A stretch of DNA of 64,000 nucleotides from Phycisphaerae bacterium (GCA_046483505.1 JAWODB010000350.1:218-64217), one strand, 5' to 3'; positions 9,581-18,780 are shown, numbered from the stretch's first letter. A program made the numbers and translations. Notes: a model not told the origin generated them from the sequence alone.

Positions 9581-12091
9581 CTACGCGTTCGGCTCGTCGG
9601 CGGGTGCCGCGGACGGCTGGGGCGTGGGTTCGCCGGGACCCGTGCCGGCGCGATCCGTCTCGGCCGGCTGCTCACCCCTCGCCGCGGACGGCTCCGCCTT
9701 CCCGGCCTCCTCGGCCTCCTGTGCTTGGGCGGCCTCGGCCTGGCCGGGGTATTGAATGCGGCCATGATAAACGGAGAGGAGGGTCTTCGTCAAGGCCTCC
9801 TCGATGCGCGTGAGGTCGTTCATCGTCAGACCGCTGTCGTCCAACTGCCCGTCGAGCAGCCGTTTCATCACCATGTCGTGGACGGTGGTCTTGATCTTGC
9901 CGGCCGTCCGGTCCTTGAGGCTGCGGGTGGCGCCCTCGACGGCGTCGGCGAGCATGACGATGGCGGTCTCGGGGCGGCGCGGCTTCGGCCCGGGATACCG
10001 GAAGTCGTTTTCGTCGGGCGGGTCCTCGCCGGCGCCCTCGGCCTGGCGGCAGGCCTGGTGATAGAAGTATTCCATGAGCGTCGTGCCGTGATGCTCCGCG
10101 ATGAAGTCCCGGATCATGGGCGGCAGGCCGAGGCGGTCGGCCATCTCCTGCCCGTCCTTGACGTGGCTGGAGATGATGAGGCGGCTCATCGCGGGCGTAA
10201 GCCGCTCGTGCGGCTTCTCGCCGTTCTGGAGGTTCTCGACGAAGTAGTGCGGCTTGTTGGCCTTGCCGATGTCGTGGAAGTAGGCGCCGACCCGGGCCAG
10301 CAGGCCGCCGGCGCCGATGGCCTCGGCCGCCGCCTGGCTCAGCGTCCCGATGAGCAGGCTGTGGGCGTACGTGCCGGGCGCCTCCAGGGCCAGGCGTTTC
10401 AGGGCCGGCTGGTTCACGTCGCACAGTTCCAGGAGGCTGATGTTCGTGACGATGCCGAACACGCGCTCGATGAAGGGCAGGATGGCCAGCATGACGGTGC
10501 CCGCCGCCAGCCCCGCGGCGAAGTAGAGGACGGCCGGCCAGAGAATGGTCTGGGCCACGGCCGCCACGTCCAGGTCCGGCGGCGACAGGCGCCAGAACGC
10601 CAGGGCCGTGTGCGCCAAAAAGAACACCAGGCCCGCCAGCGCCCCCACCTTGATGAGCCGGGAGCGGTTGTTCACCTCGCCGAGGGCCAGGATGGCGATG
10701 CCGTTGCCGGCGATCGTCACGAGGACCCAGTCCAGGCCCGTCCGGTTCGCCAGGGCGATGAGCAGCGTCAGCGCCCAGACCGTGCCGAGCGCGAACGCCT
10801 GGTTGTAGGCGATGGTCACGATCATGCCGGCCGTGGCGACGACGAAGGTGGCCGTCGCCAGCGAGGCGACCGACGGGCCCTGCGTCTGGCCGACGGCCTT
10901 CGCCAGCGCCAGAACCACGATGCCGAGGATCGCGAGCATGAGGCCCCTGGGCACGCTGCGGGCCACCTTAGGCTGGAACTGGGCCGTGTAGCCGGCCAGG
11001 ACCAGGACGAGGACGGCGGCGAGGACGGCGGCGCCCGCCCATGCCAGGGTCCGGCGGGTGTAGCCGAGACTCTCCAGGTACGCCTCCTGCTCCTGCTCCA
11101 GGATCTGGATGTCGGCCTCGGTAATCCGCTTGCCGGCCTCGACCAGGGTGGTGCCCTCTTTGCGGAGGATCGGGACGGGTTGGACCTTGCTTCGTACCTC
11201 CGCCCGCTCGTTCTCGGTCTTGGCCTGGTCGTAGATGAGGGTGGGCCCGACCTTGGGGGCCATGCTGACGGCCAGGAGGCCGACGCCGGGCCGGCCGAAC
11301 GGCTCCTGGAGCAGCGGGTCGATAAGCCGTTTGATCCGCGACTGGATGCGGTCGGTCTGCGGGACGGTCAGGACCTTCTCCAGGGGCAGTTCCCGGTCGC
11401 CCTCGGCCAGTTGGACGGTGATGATGGCGGTCGGCTCCTCGAGGATGGGAGCCGTCTCCGGCGCCAGGCCCGCGGGCAGTTGCTTTCTCAGTTCGCGGAA
11501 GTTGGCGATCCGCGCCTGGGCCCGTTGGAAGTCCTCTTCGCGGACGACCGGCAGATTCATCGGATCGGCCAGCAGCGACGTGGCCTCGGTGATCGCTTTC
11601 GAGACGTCGGCCAGCGCGGTGCCCGACTGGCCGAGCGTCTCCTTGACGGACGCGAACGTCTCGGCGTCCAGGTGCCACGGCTCGCGCCACTTCTTGGGCA
11701 CGGCGTCCGGGGCCTCGGCCTTGGCGATCGCGTTCAGGAGCGCGAGCAGGCCCTCGCGCAGCGCAATCGCCGGCCGCGCGTTCGGCGTGTACAGGCCGGG
11801 CACGCGCAGCAGGGCCGTCAGTTCGCGGACGTCGGCCGTCACCTGGTGGTCGATGTACTCGAAGTCGACCCGCGAGAGGATCGGGTGCGGGCTCGTCTCG
11901 CCCTTGCGGTAGGGCAGGGGCGGGCGCGGCAGTTGCATGAGCAGCACGGCGCCGGCCACCCAGGCGATCAGAATGACGACCTGCCACCGCACGTGCCGGT
12001 GCGCCAGGCGCTCGTACCACGAGACGTCGCCTTCGGCCCGAAGGCGGTCCACGCGTCGCGGCTTCTGCCGTTTCCGGTTCCAGCGGGCCAT
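9581..12091 (-). CDS. pgpH: 7TM-receptor/HD-domain phosphohydrolase (PgpH/YqfF-type c-di-AMP phosphodiesterase family)
   Basis: 836 aa with a large extracytoplasmic N-domain, a 7-TM block and an HD domain (GTYAHSLLIG..YFHDIGK..SSHVKDG..EHHG). The context phoH-pgpH-ybeY matches Bacillus phoH-yqfF-yqfG. Confidence 0.75.
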   Translation of the reverse strand: MARWNRKRQKPRRVDRLRAEGDVSWYERLAHRHVRWQVVILIAWVAGAVLLMQLPRPPLPYRKGETSPHPILSRVDFEYIDHQVTADVRELTALLRVPGLYTPNARPAIALREGLLALLNAIAKAEAPDAVPKKWREPWHLDAETFASVKETLGQSGTALADVSKAITEATSLLADPMNLPVVREEDFQRAQARIANFRELRKQLPAGLAPETAPILEEPTAIITVQLAEGDRELPLEKVLTVPQTDRIQSRIKRLIDPLLQEPFGRPGVGLLAVSMAPKVGPTLIYDQAKTENERAEVRSKVQPVPILRKEGTTLVEAGKRITEADIQILEQEQEAYLESLGYTRRTLAWAGAAVLAAVLVLVLAGYTAQFQPKVARSVPRGLMLAILGIVVLALAKAVGQTQGPSVASLATATFVVATAGMIVTIAYNQAFALGTVWALTLLIALANRTGLDWVLVTIAGNGIAILALGEVNNRSRLIKVGALAGLVFFLAHTALAFWRLSPPDLDVAAVAQTILWPAVLYFAAGLAAGTVMLAILPFIERVFGIVTNISLLELCDVNQPALKRLALEAPGTYAHSLLIGTLSQAAAEAIGAGGLLARVGAYFHDIGKANKPHYFVENLQNGEKPHERLTPAMSRLIISSHVKDGQEMADRLGLPPMIRDFIAEHHGTTLMEYFYHQACRQAEGAGEDPPDENDFRYPGPKPRRPETAIVMLADAVEGATRSLKDRTAGKIKTTVHDMVMKRLLDGQLDDSGLTMNDLTRIEEALTKTLLSVYHGRIQYPGQAEAAQAQEAEEAGKAEPSAARGEQPAETDRAGTGPGEPTPQPSAAPADEPNA

Positions 12092-12094
12092 GGG

Positions 12095-13099
12095 TCAGTC
12101 CTGCTTCGGGGACGACGGCTCGGCCCGGCGCCGGCGTCGGCGTCGGTCGGAGCGGTCCTCCAGGCCGCGGTCGCCCTGCTCGTAGGCGTCGACGATGGCC
12201 TGGACCAGGCGGTGGCGGATGATGTCCTCGCGGGCCAGTTCCACGATCTCGATCCGATCGATGCCCGAGAGTTTGTTGATCGCGTCCACCAGCCCGCTCT
12301 GCTGGCCGGCCTCCAGGTCCACCTGCGTGATGTCGCCGGTCACGATCATCTTCGAGCGCATCCCCATCCGCGTCAGGAACATCTTCATCTGGGCCGCGGT
12401 CGAGTTCTGCGCCTCGTCCAGGATGATGGCGGCGTCGTTCAGCGTCCGGCCGCGCATGTATGCCAGCGGGATGATCTCGATGACGTCGGTCTCCATGTAC
12501 GCCCGGACCTGCTTGAAGCCCATCATGTCGTGCAGCGCGTCGAGCAGCGGCCTCAGGTACGGGTTGACTTTGGCCTCCAGGTCGCCGGGCAGGTACCCGA
12601 GTTTCTCGCCGGCCTCCACGGCCGGTCGCACCAGCGCGATGCGCTTGATCTGCTCGTGCTTGAGGGCCTGGACGGCCATGGCGACGGCCAGGTACGTCTT
12701 GCCCGTGCCGGCGGGCCCGATGCAGAAGACCAGGTCGTTATGCTCGATGGCCTCGCAGTAAGCGAGTTGGCCGGGCGTCTGCGGCCGGACGGGCCGCCCT
12801 GCCGTGAACACCTCGATCTGCTTCAGCGAGGGCCCCCGGCCGCTGCGGCCGACCGTGTCGATGATCTGCTGGACCTCGCTCTCGGTAATGATCTGGCCGT
12901 CCTCGGCCATCCGGATGAGTTCCTCCAGGACGGTGCGGGCCTGCTCCACGGCCTCGGCGTCGCCGGCGAGGCGGATGGTCTCGTCGCGCGCCGTCAGGCG
13001 GACCTCGAATCCGTCGCGGATCATGCGCAGGTGCCGGTCGCGCGGCCCGAAGACCAGACGGCGGTGGACGTCGCTGCCGAGTTGGAGGGTCCGTTCCAT
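12095..13099 (-). CDS. phoH: PhoH-like ATPase
   Basis: Tail of ORF 12095..13969 from the ATG at 13097-13099 (MERTLQLG). Motifs: Walker A GPAGTGKTYLAVA, LPGDLEAKVNPYLRPL, Walker B IILDEAQN. Confidence 0.9.
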   Translation of the reverse strand: MERTLQLGSDVHRRLVFGPRDRHLRMIRDGFEVRLTARDETIRLAGDAEAVEQARTVLEELIRMAEDGQIITESEVQQIIDTVGRSGRGPSLKQIEVFTAGRPVRPQTPGQLAYCEAIEHNDLVFCIGPAGTGKTYLAVAMAVQALKHEQIKRIALVRPAVEAGEKLGYLPGDLEAKVNPYLRPLLDALHDMMGFKQVRAYMETDVIEIIPLAYMRGRTLNDAAIILDEAQNSTAAQMKMFLTRMGMRSKMIVTGDITQVDLEAGQQSGLVDAINKLSGIDRIEIVELAREDIIRHRLVQAIVDAYEQGDRGLEDRSDRRRRRRRAEPSSPKQD

Positions 13100-13146
13100 A
13101 GAGTGTTTGCGGGATGTACGGCCGAGGCCGCCGCCCGCATGCGCCA

Positions 13147-14058
13147 TTATCCCACCGCAGCGGGCTCGGTCAATACCACAAGCAGAACGTACGCCACGGG
13201 GGCGGCCGAGAGCATCGAGTCCAGGATGTCCAGCGCCCCGCCGAACGTGGGGATGCGGCCGCTGTCCTTCACGCCGCAGGCGCGTTTCATGAGGCTCTCG
13301 GCCAGGTCGCCCAGGACGCCGCTCACGCTGACGCCCGCCCCGAAGAGCAGGAGCATCGCCCAGTGGAAGCGCCCCCAGGCGAGGCCGATGGCGAGCGCCA
13401 TGGCGGTCCCCGCCACGATGGCGCCGACGAGCCCCTCGATCGTCTTCTTGGGGCTGAGTTTCGGCACCAGCCGGTGCCGGCCCAGCCACGTGCCGACGGC
13501 GTAGGCGCCGATGTCGCTGCCCTTGACGACGCCGAGGGTCAGGACCAGATACATCAGGCCGTCGGACGGCCGGGGCGAGAGGAACCGGACCTTCGCCAGG
13601 AACACGCCCAGCAGGCCGACCGTCAGGACGACCAGGACGGTCCACGCCACGCGCGCCAGCGACGTCTGCGGGGCGACGTCCGCCCGCTCGATGACGACGA
13701 ACTCCGCCAAAAACAGCGTGAACACGAGGACCACGATGACCAGCAGGTACAGTTCCAGGCCGCGCTCGTACAACCAGGGCAGGATGTGGAACGTCCGATG
13801 GATCTCCAGCCACGCGCTGCCGAGCATCAGGCCGACGAACACCAGGCCGACGACCGGGCGGCAAGGCAGGCCCCGGCCGCGCAGCATCCGGAAGAACTCG
13901 TGGCAGCCGGTCAGGAGGGCGCCCGTCAGGAGGATCCAGAACCCCGGGGCGATGGGCAGGTCGGCCCATTCGGCGATGCCGACGTCGGCCAGCAGCACCG
14001 CCGCCGTGCCGGCGATCAGGCCGGTGCCGATGGAGACCCGGACCAGGGCGGTGTTCAT
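13147..14058 (-). CDS. cdsA: Phosphatidate cytidylyltransferase
   Basis: Tail of ORF 13147..14871 from the ATG at 14056-14058 (MNTALVRV). It is polytopic and carries the CTP-transferase signature SPKKTIEGLVGA..GDLAESLMKRACGVKDSG..GGALD. Confidence 0.85.
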   Translation of the reverse strand: MNTALVRVSIGTGLIAGTAAVLLADVGIAEWADLPIAPGFWILLTGALLTGCHEFFRMLRGRGLPCRPVVGLVFVGLMLGSAWLEIHRTFHILPWLYERGLELYLLVIVVLVFTLFLAEFVVIERADVAPQTSLARVAWTVLVVLTVGLLGVFLAKVRFLSPRPSDGLMYLVLTLGVVKGSDIGAYAVGTWLGRHRLVPKLSPKKTIEGLVGAIVAGTAMALAIGLAWGRFHWAMLLLFGAGVSVSGVLGDLAESLMKRACGVKDSGRIPTFGGALDILDSMLSAAPVAYVLLVVLTEPAAVG

Positions 14059-14822
14059 GGGCGCTCGCTCTCGGTGGGCAGGCCGCCGAAGCGCCGCTGG
14101 CGGCCGGCGAAGTCGCGCATGGCCTCGTGCAGGTCGGCCGCGTGGAAGTCCGGCCACCCTTTCGGCGTGACCCAGAGTTCCGCGTACGAGATCTGCCACA
14201 GCAGGAAGTTCGAGAGGCGCATCTCGCCGGCCGTCCGGATCAGCAGGTCGGGGTCCGGCATGCCGGCCGTGTGCAGACGGGCCGCGAGGGCGGCTTCGTC
14301 GATGGCGGCCGGATCCAGGTCGCCGCGGACGGCCTCCTCGGCCAGGCGGCGGGCGGCCGTGGCGATCTCGCGCCGGCTTCCGTAGTTCACCGCCAGGCAC
14401 AGCACGGTGCCGTCGTTGCCGGCGGACATCTCGACCGTCCGGTCCACCTCCGCCAGGACGTGCGCCGGGATGCCCTCGCGCCGCCCGATGGTCGTGAACC
14501 GGATGGCGTTGGCCATGATCGTCGGCCGCTGGTCCACCACGTACTGCCGGTACAGTTCCATCAGGACGTCGATCTCGTGCTGCGGGCGGCGCCAGTTCTC
14601 GCTCGAGAACGCGAACAGCGTGAGTTGCTCCAGGCCCAGGTCCGACGCCCCCTCCGTGATGCGGGGGACGTTGGCGGCCCCTTCGCGGTGACCCGCGATG
14701 CGGGGCAGACCGCGGGCCTGCGCCCACCGGCCGTTGCCGTCCATGATGATGGCCACGTGCCGCGGCCACGACGCCGGCGGGACGTCGGCCAACGCGCCCG
14801 GGATGCGTTTGGGTTCGGGCAT
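14055..14822 (-). CDS. uppS: Undecaprenyl-diphosphate synthase (cis-prenyltransferase)
   Basis: ORF 14055..14849 trimmed to the ATG at 14820-14822. Motifs: HVAIIMDGNGRWA, FAFSSENWRRP, RLSNFLLWQ. The stop overlaps the cdsA start. Confidence 0.9.
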   Translation of the reverse strand: MPEPKRIPGALADVPPASWPRHVAIIMDGNGRWAQARGLPRIAGHREGAANVPRITEGASDLGLEQLTLFAFSSENWRRPQHEIDVLMELYRQYVVDQRPTIMANAIRFTTIGRREGIPAHVLAEVDRTVEMSAGNDGTVLCLAVNYGSRREIATAARRLAEEAVRGDLDPAAIDEAALAARLHTAGMPDPDLLIRTAGEMRLSNFLLWQISYAELWVTPKGWPDFHAADLHEAMRDFAGRQRRFGGLPTESERP

Positions 14823-14852
14823 GGTTGCTGCCGACCCCGCGGATCGCAATGA

Positions 14853-14928
14853 GCGCGGCGGGTCTCCGCACCCCCCGCGCGACGCGCGCGACTGTTTTCC
14901 GCGCGGCGGGTGCGGAGACCCGCCGCGC
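14853..14928. repeat. REP family A, head-to-head pair
   Basis: GCGCGGCGGGTCTCCGCACCCCCCGCGC (14853-14880) and GCGCGGCGGGTGCGGAGACCCGCCGCGC (14901-14928). Each is a hairpin, and the loops are reverse complements of each other. Confidence 0.85.
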
Positions 14929-14943
14929 TCAATGCGGCGCTCG

Positions 14944-16233
14944 CTAATCCCGCCGGATCGTCTCCTCCCGGTCCGGGCCCACGCTGATCATGCGCACGGG
15001 CGCCCCGACCAGGTCCTCCACCCGCTCGACGTACGCCTGGGCGGCGGCCGGCAGGTCGTCGAACGTCCGGGCGCCGGAGATGTCCTCCGGCCAGGGGTCG
15101 AGCGACTCCAGCACGGGATCGGCCCGCGGCAGGAGCGTCGGGTCCGCCGGGAACGCCTCCAGCGGCTTGCCGTCCACCCGGTAGCCCGTGCAGATCTTCA
15201 GTTCCGGCAGTCCGCCCAGCACGTCGAGCAGCGTGATGACGATGCCGTCCAGGCCGTTGACCGCCGCCGCGTATCGGATGGCGAAGGTGTCCAGCCACCC
15301 GCACCGCCGCGGCCGGCCCGTCGTCGTGCCGTACTCGTTGCCCTGCTGGCGGATCTGCTCGCCCACGGGGCCGGTCAGTTCCGTCGGGAACGGCCCCTCG
15401 CCGACGCGGGTCGTGTACGCCTTGACGACGCCCCAGATGCGGTCGATGAGCCGCGGCGAGACGCCCGTGCCCGTCCACACGCCGGCCGCCGACGCGTTGC
15501 TGCTCGTCACGTACGGGTACGTGCCATGGTCGATGTCCAAGAGCGTGCCCTGGGCGCCCTCGAAGAGGATTCGCCGGCCGTCCGCGACGGCCTGGTGTAG
15601 CCAGGCGGTCGTGTCGGCGATCATCGGCCGGAGTTGTTCGCCGTAGGTGGCGTACTCTTCCCAGACGGCGGCGGGGTCGAGCGGCTCGTCGCCGAAGACC
15701 TTCGTGAAGACCTCGTTCTTCTGGCGGACGATGCGCTCGACCTTCGGCTGGAGATGGTCCGGCCGCAGGAACTCGCCCATGCGGACGGCGGTGACGCGGT
15801 TCGCCTTGTCGGCGTAGGCGGGCCCGATGCCTCGCAGGGTCGTCCCGATCTTGCCCTTGCCGAGGTGCTTCTCCGAGAGGGCCTCGATTCTCTTGTGCCA
15901 CGGCCAGATGGTATGGGCGCGGTCGGAGATGAGGAGCCGGTCGCGCAGGCCGCCCGCCAGCGATTCGTTGGCGCGGATCTCCTCGAGCAGCACCTGCGGG
16001 TCGATCACCAGGCCGCCGCCGATGACGCACGTCACGTCCGGATGGAACAGGCCGGACGGCACGAGGTGGAGTTTGTGCGTGCCGTCGTCGAACGCGACGG
16101 TGTGGCCGGCGTTGTTCCCCCCGTTGTACCGGACGACGACGTCGTGCTCGGCGGCGAAGATGTCGACGATCTTGCCCTTGGCTTCGTCGCCCCAGGTCAG
16201 GCCGACGACGCAGGTGGTGGTGGCCGTGCTCAC
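14944..16233 (-). CDS. purA: Adenylosuccinate synthetase
   Basis: ORF 14944..16380 trimmed to the GTG at 16231-16233. Motifs: VVGLTWGDEAKGKIVD, NGGNNAGHTV, GTTLRGIGPAY, YGTTTGRPRRCGW. Confidence 0.92.
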   Translation of the reverse strand: MSTATTTCVVGLTWGDEAKGKIVDIFAAEHDVVVRYNGGNNAGHTVAFDDGTHKLHLVPSGLFHPDVTCVIGGGLVIDPQVLLEEIRANESLAGGLRDRLLISDRAHTIWPWHKRIEALSEKHLGKGKIGTTLRGIGPAYADKANRVTAVRMGEFLRPDHLQPKVERIVRQKNEVFTKVFGDEPLDPAAVWEEYATYGEQLRPMIADTTAWLHQAVADGRRILFEGAQGTLLDIDHGTYPYVTSSNASAAGVWTGTGVSPRLIDRIWGVVKAYTTRVGEGPFPTELTGPVGEQIRQQGNEYGTTTGRPRRCGWLDTFAIRYAAAVNGLDGIVITLLDVLGGLPELKICTGYRVDGKPLEAFPADPTLLPRADPVLESLDPWPEDISGARTFDDLPAAAQAYVERVEDLVGAPVRMISVGPDREETIRRD

Positions 16234-16261
16234 GGTTCGCCTTTCGTTTTTGTCCGTGTGG

Positions 16262-16380
16262 CCCGGCCGGTCTTGCCCGGCCGGGAGATGCGCCGGGTGG
16301 CATGCTTTCGCGCCTTTGCGAAAGCATGCGCTTCCGGCGCCGGTGACACACGGTTTCGCAGAAGCGCGAAAGCGTGCCAC
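16262..16380. repeat. Cluster of hairpin repeats upstream of purA (families C and F)
   Basis: CCCGGCCGGTCTTGCCCGGCCGGG lies at 16262-16285 and shares GGCCGGTCTTGCCCGGCCG with 23157-23180. GCATGCTTTCGC-GCCTTT-GCGAAAGCATGC lies at 16300-16329. An imperfect inverted copy lies at 16349-16376. Confidence 0.7.
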
Positions 16381-16609
16381 CCGCCTGTGTGGCCCGGCTG
16401 GCGACGTGCCTCGGGCGCAAAGCCACGGCGCTGGCCCCGCGGGGGCTCGCGCCGTCTCGGAACGCTAGCCGAAAGGGGCCCCGAATGCCAGAAAAAACCG
16501 CGGGCCGGGTGCTCGGCACCTTTCGCCTTCCGGAGAAGGTGCCTGACACCTCTCCGCCGCGCGCCTCGCCCCGTTTTGCCTTCAACCCGACCGCCCTTCC
16601 GGCCGATAG

Positions 16610-16703
16610 ATAGGACGAGGCTGTGGGTCACCCCGGTATGTTTGCCGGGGACAGCCTGACGTGGAGGACCCGAGGCGCGGCGAACTCGGGTCCTCTCTTT
16701 TTG
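16610..16703 (+). ncRNA. Candidate small structured RNA (two hairpins, the second an intrinsic terminator)
   Basis: Hairpin 1 pairs AGGCTGT (16618-24) with ACAGCCT (16651-57). It has an inner stem CCCCGG/CCGGGG. Hairpin 2 is the terminator at 16664-16703. There is no CDS on the plus strand here, and the flanking gene purA is on the minus strand. Confidence 0.3.
16664..16703 (+). terminator. Rho-independent terminator
   Basis: An 11-bp perfect stem GAGGACCCGAG / CTCGGGTCCTC with a 10-nt loop, followed by TCTTTTTG. Confidence 0.6.
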
Positions 16704-16751
16704 CGCCGGCGGCGCCACAGACGCCTACAGCACTTTGAGTTTAGATGGTAA

Positions 16752-16827
16752 CGCGGCGGGTCTCCGCACCCGCCGCGAGCCAAACCTGGGCGGCACGACG
16801 CGCGGTGGTTACGGAGAACCACCGCGC
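16752..16827. repeat. REP family A pair
   Basis: CGCGGCGGGTCTCCGCACCCGCCGCG (16752-16777) and GCGCGGTGGTTACGGAGAACCACCGCGC (16800-16827). Confidence 0.85.
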
Positions 16828-16905
16828 TACCGCCGGAGGCTAAACCGTTCCAGCCAGCGCCCGCGTCGTTCGTCCGCCCCTCCTTCCCGCGGCTGTCTCA
16901 TCCGC

Positions 16906-16911
16906 TATAAT
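16906..16911 (+). promoter_or_regulatory. Perfect -10 hexamer upstream of the DUF4405-like gene
   Basis: TATAAT lies 33 nt upstream of the ATG at 16944. No good -35 element is present. Confidence 0.25.
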
Positions 16912-16943
16912 GGGCCGTAAGCCTCCAGCCCGAAGGGAACGGC

Positions 16944-17495
16944 ATGACCAAGCCCCGCCTCAACCTCCTCATCGATATCGTGATGACCGTCCTGATGGCC
17001 GCCATTGCCGGACTCGGGTTTCTCATCAACTGGGTGCTGATTCCCGGCGAGGAGCGGCCGGCCGTCTACGGCAGCCGGCCGGACCTGTACTGGCTCGGCC
17101 TGGACCGGCACGAGTGGGGCGACGTGCACTTGACCCTGGGCGTCGCCCTGCTCGTGCTGCTCGTGCTGCACGTGGCCCTGCACTGGTCACAGGTCGTGGG
17201 CATCTGGCGTCGGATGGTGGCGAGCGGTGCCGTCCGCGTGGCCCTGGCCCTGGCACTGCTCGTCCTCGTGGTGGCCTCGATGGCGTTTCCCGCGTTCATC
17301 AAGCCGGAGGTAGTTGAGGACGCGCGCGGCGGCGGACGGGGTGGACGCGGACGGAGCGAAATCGGAAACCGGGAATCGGAAATCGGAACCGGCGAGGAAA
17401 CGTCCTCCGAAGCGCCTGACGGCGTCGGGCGCGGTCGCGGGGGTTCGGGCCGCGGCCTCGGACGCGGCCGCGGCGGCGGGCGGGCAAGGGAGTAG
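16944..17495 (+). CDS. DUF4405-like small membrane protein with Arg/Gly-rich tail
   Basis: 183 aa with three hydrophobic helices and conserved His residues (WGDVHLTLG..LHVALHW). The C-terminal RGG-rich tail is encoded partly by ATCGGAA heptamer repeats (17356-17394). Confidence 0.5.
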   Translation: MTKPRLNLLIDIVMTVLMAAIAGLGFLINWVLIPGEERPAVYGSRPDLYWLGLDRHEWGDVHLTLGVALLVLLVLHVALHWSQVVGIWRRMVASGAVRVALALALLVLVVASMAFPAFIKPEVVEDARGGGRGGRGRSEIGNRESEIGTGEETSSEAPDGVGRGRGGSGRGLGRGRGGGRARE

Positions 17496-17549
17496 CCGAC
17501 CGCGCCGCCTGTGTTCGCCGCCGCGCTTGCGCGGCGCGTGCCGTTCGTC

Positions 17550-18146
17550 TCACGGAATAATCGTCGGCACGACCGGCTCGGCGGCCGCCACCTTCTTCCG
17601 GAGGACGTGCGGGTCCAGGTCCTCGACGTACCGCTGAATCTCCGGCCACGTCGCGGCGTCGTAGCCGAGGCGCTCCATCTCGGCCAGGGCCCGCTGCTTG
17701 GTCCATCCCTGGACGACGATGCGGCACACGGCGGCCATCATGCCGCACCGGTCCGTCCCCCATTTGCAGTGGACGAACACGGGCCGGTTGGCGGGGTCCG
17801 CCAGGACCTGGAGGAACTGCACCACGTCCTCGTCCTCCGGGTGGTTCGCCTTGAACGAGATGTGCACGTAGCGGAGGCTCAGGCCTTCGAGGCGGTCGGT
17901 GTGGACGTCGAACGTGCGGAGCGAAACGACCGTGCGGATGCCCATGTCCTTGAGGCGCGCGAGCGACTCGGCCGTGGCGTGCCCGCCGCGGTACAGGTCG
18001 TCCGAGACCTTGTGGAAGTTCAGGACGCCCGTCTCCGGGTCGACCGGCCGGTCGCTGGAGGAGAGGGGGCAGCCGGTGCAGAGCACGAGCGCGGTCACCA
18101 GCAGCGACGCGGCAACGTGAGGTGAACAAAGCGGATGAGAGGACAT
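17550..18146 (-). CDS. Lipoprotein tyrosine/dual-specificity protein phosphatase
   Basis: Tail of ORF 17550..18722 from the ATG at 18144-18146 (MSSHPLCSPHVAASLLVTALVLCTGC lipobox). CX5R active site: VHCKWGTDRCG. Confidence 0.7.
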   Translation of the reverse strand: MSSHPLCSPHVAASLLVTALVLCTGCPLSSSDRPVDPETGVLNFHKVSDDLYRGGHATAESLARLKDMGIRTVVSLRTFDVHTDRLEGLSLRYVHISFKANHPEDEDVVQFLQVLADPANRPVFVHCKWGTDRCGMMAAVCRIVVQGWTKQRALAEMERLGYDAATWPEIQRYVEDLDPHVLRKKVAAAEPVVPTIIP

Positions 18147-18196
18147 CGCAGTCGGTCTTCCTTGATCATCCGCCCCGGAGGGTCGGACGGCCGGCC

Positions 18197-18586
18197 TCAG
18201 GACGTGCCATATCTTTCCTCGGGATCGAAAACCATCACACCATTGTCCGCCCAGTCGCCGTCGGCGAGGACCCAGGAGAAGCACGACCGCCGGCCCGTGT
18301 GGCACGCGGCCCCGCCCACCTGTTCGATCTTGAGGAGCAGGACGTCCTTGTCGCAGTCGGTGCGGATTTCCTGGACCTTCTGGATGTTGCCGCTCGTCTC
18401 GCCCTTGTGCCATAGTTCCTGCCGGCTGCGGGACCAGTAGACGGCCTCGCCGGTCTCGATGGTCCGGGCGAGGGACTCCCGGTTCATCCAGGCGAGCATG
18501 AGCACCTCGCCGGTGGCGCCGTCCTGGGCGATGGCGGGGATCAGCCCCTGGTCGTTGAATGTCAATTGCTCGATGGCGTCGGTCAT
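18197..18586 (-). CDS. hisI: Phosphoribosyl-AMP cyclohydrolase
   Basis: 129 aa with [29 protein letters not shown] and [16 protein letters not shown]. Confidence 0.9.
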   Translation of the reverse strand: MTDAIEQLTFNDQGLIPAIAQDGATGEVLMLAWMNRESLARTIETGEAVYWSRSRQELWHKGETSGNIQKVQEIRTDCDKDVLLLKIEQVGGAACHTGRRSCFSWVLADGDWADNGVMVFDPEERYGTS

Positions 18587-18607
18587 CGCTTCTCCTTGGT
18601 TCGATTC

Positions 18608-18780
18608 TTAACGCAGAGATCGCAGAGAGCGCAGGGGAACAACAGAGAACGGCGGAAAGAGAGATAGAAAAACGGTCAAAGCAAACGCTGTGAATCGTGC
18701 TGGATCTGCGCCTTCGGCGCACTCTAACGGCTTTGTTGTTCTCCGTCTTTCCTCTGCGCTCTCTGCGATCTCTGCGTTAA
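18608..18780. mobile_element. MITE-like 173-bp element with perfect 27-bp terminal inverted repeats
   Basis: The left end is TTAACGCAGAGATCGCAGAGAGCGCAG at 18608-18634. Its exact reverse complement lies at 18754-18780. The interior is AT-richer than the surroundings. There is no internal coding capacity beyond a 62-aa spurious ORF. Confidence 0.7.

Noticed and set aside
7307-13504. 2065-aa ORF on the plus strand, the longest in the track
   Set aside because: It is antisense to five well-supported genes with clear family motifs (CNNM, ybeY, pgpH, phoH and part of cdsA). Its composition is the R/G/A/D/V/P-rich pattern typical of stop-free antisense frames in GC-rich DNA. It has no recognisable domain.
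16234-16420. Possible ZTP/purine-type riboswitch in the purA 5' leader (minus strand), prompted by a CCGCCTG string
   Set aside because: The leader is fully accounted for by family C and F palindromic repeats. The pfl-motif core elements (GGGTCGTG..CCGGGCGGA..CCGCCTGGGCA) are not present.
18590-18607. tRNA-like T-loop string GGTTCGATTC
   Set aside because: The flanking bases cannot form a T-stem or acceptor stem. The string overlaps the hisI ribosome-binding and start region on the opposite strand. I found no tRNA cloverleaf anywhere in the window.
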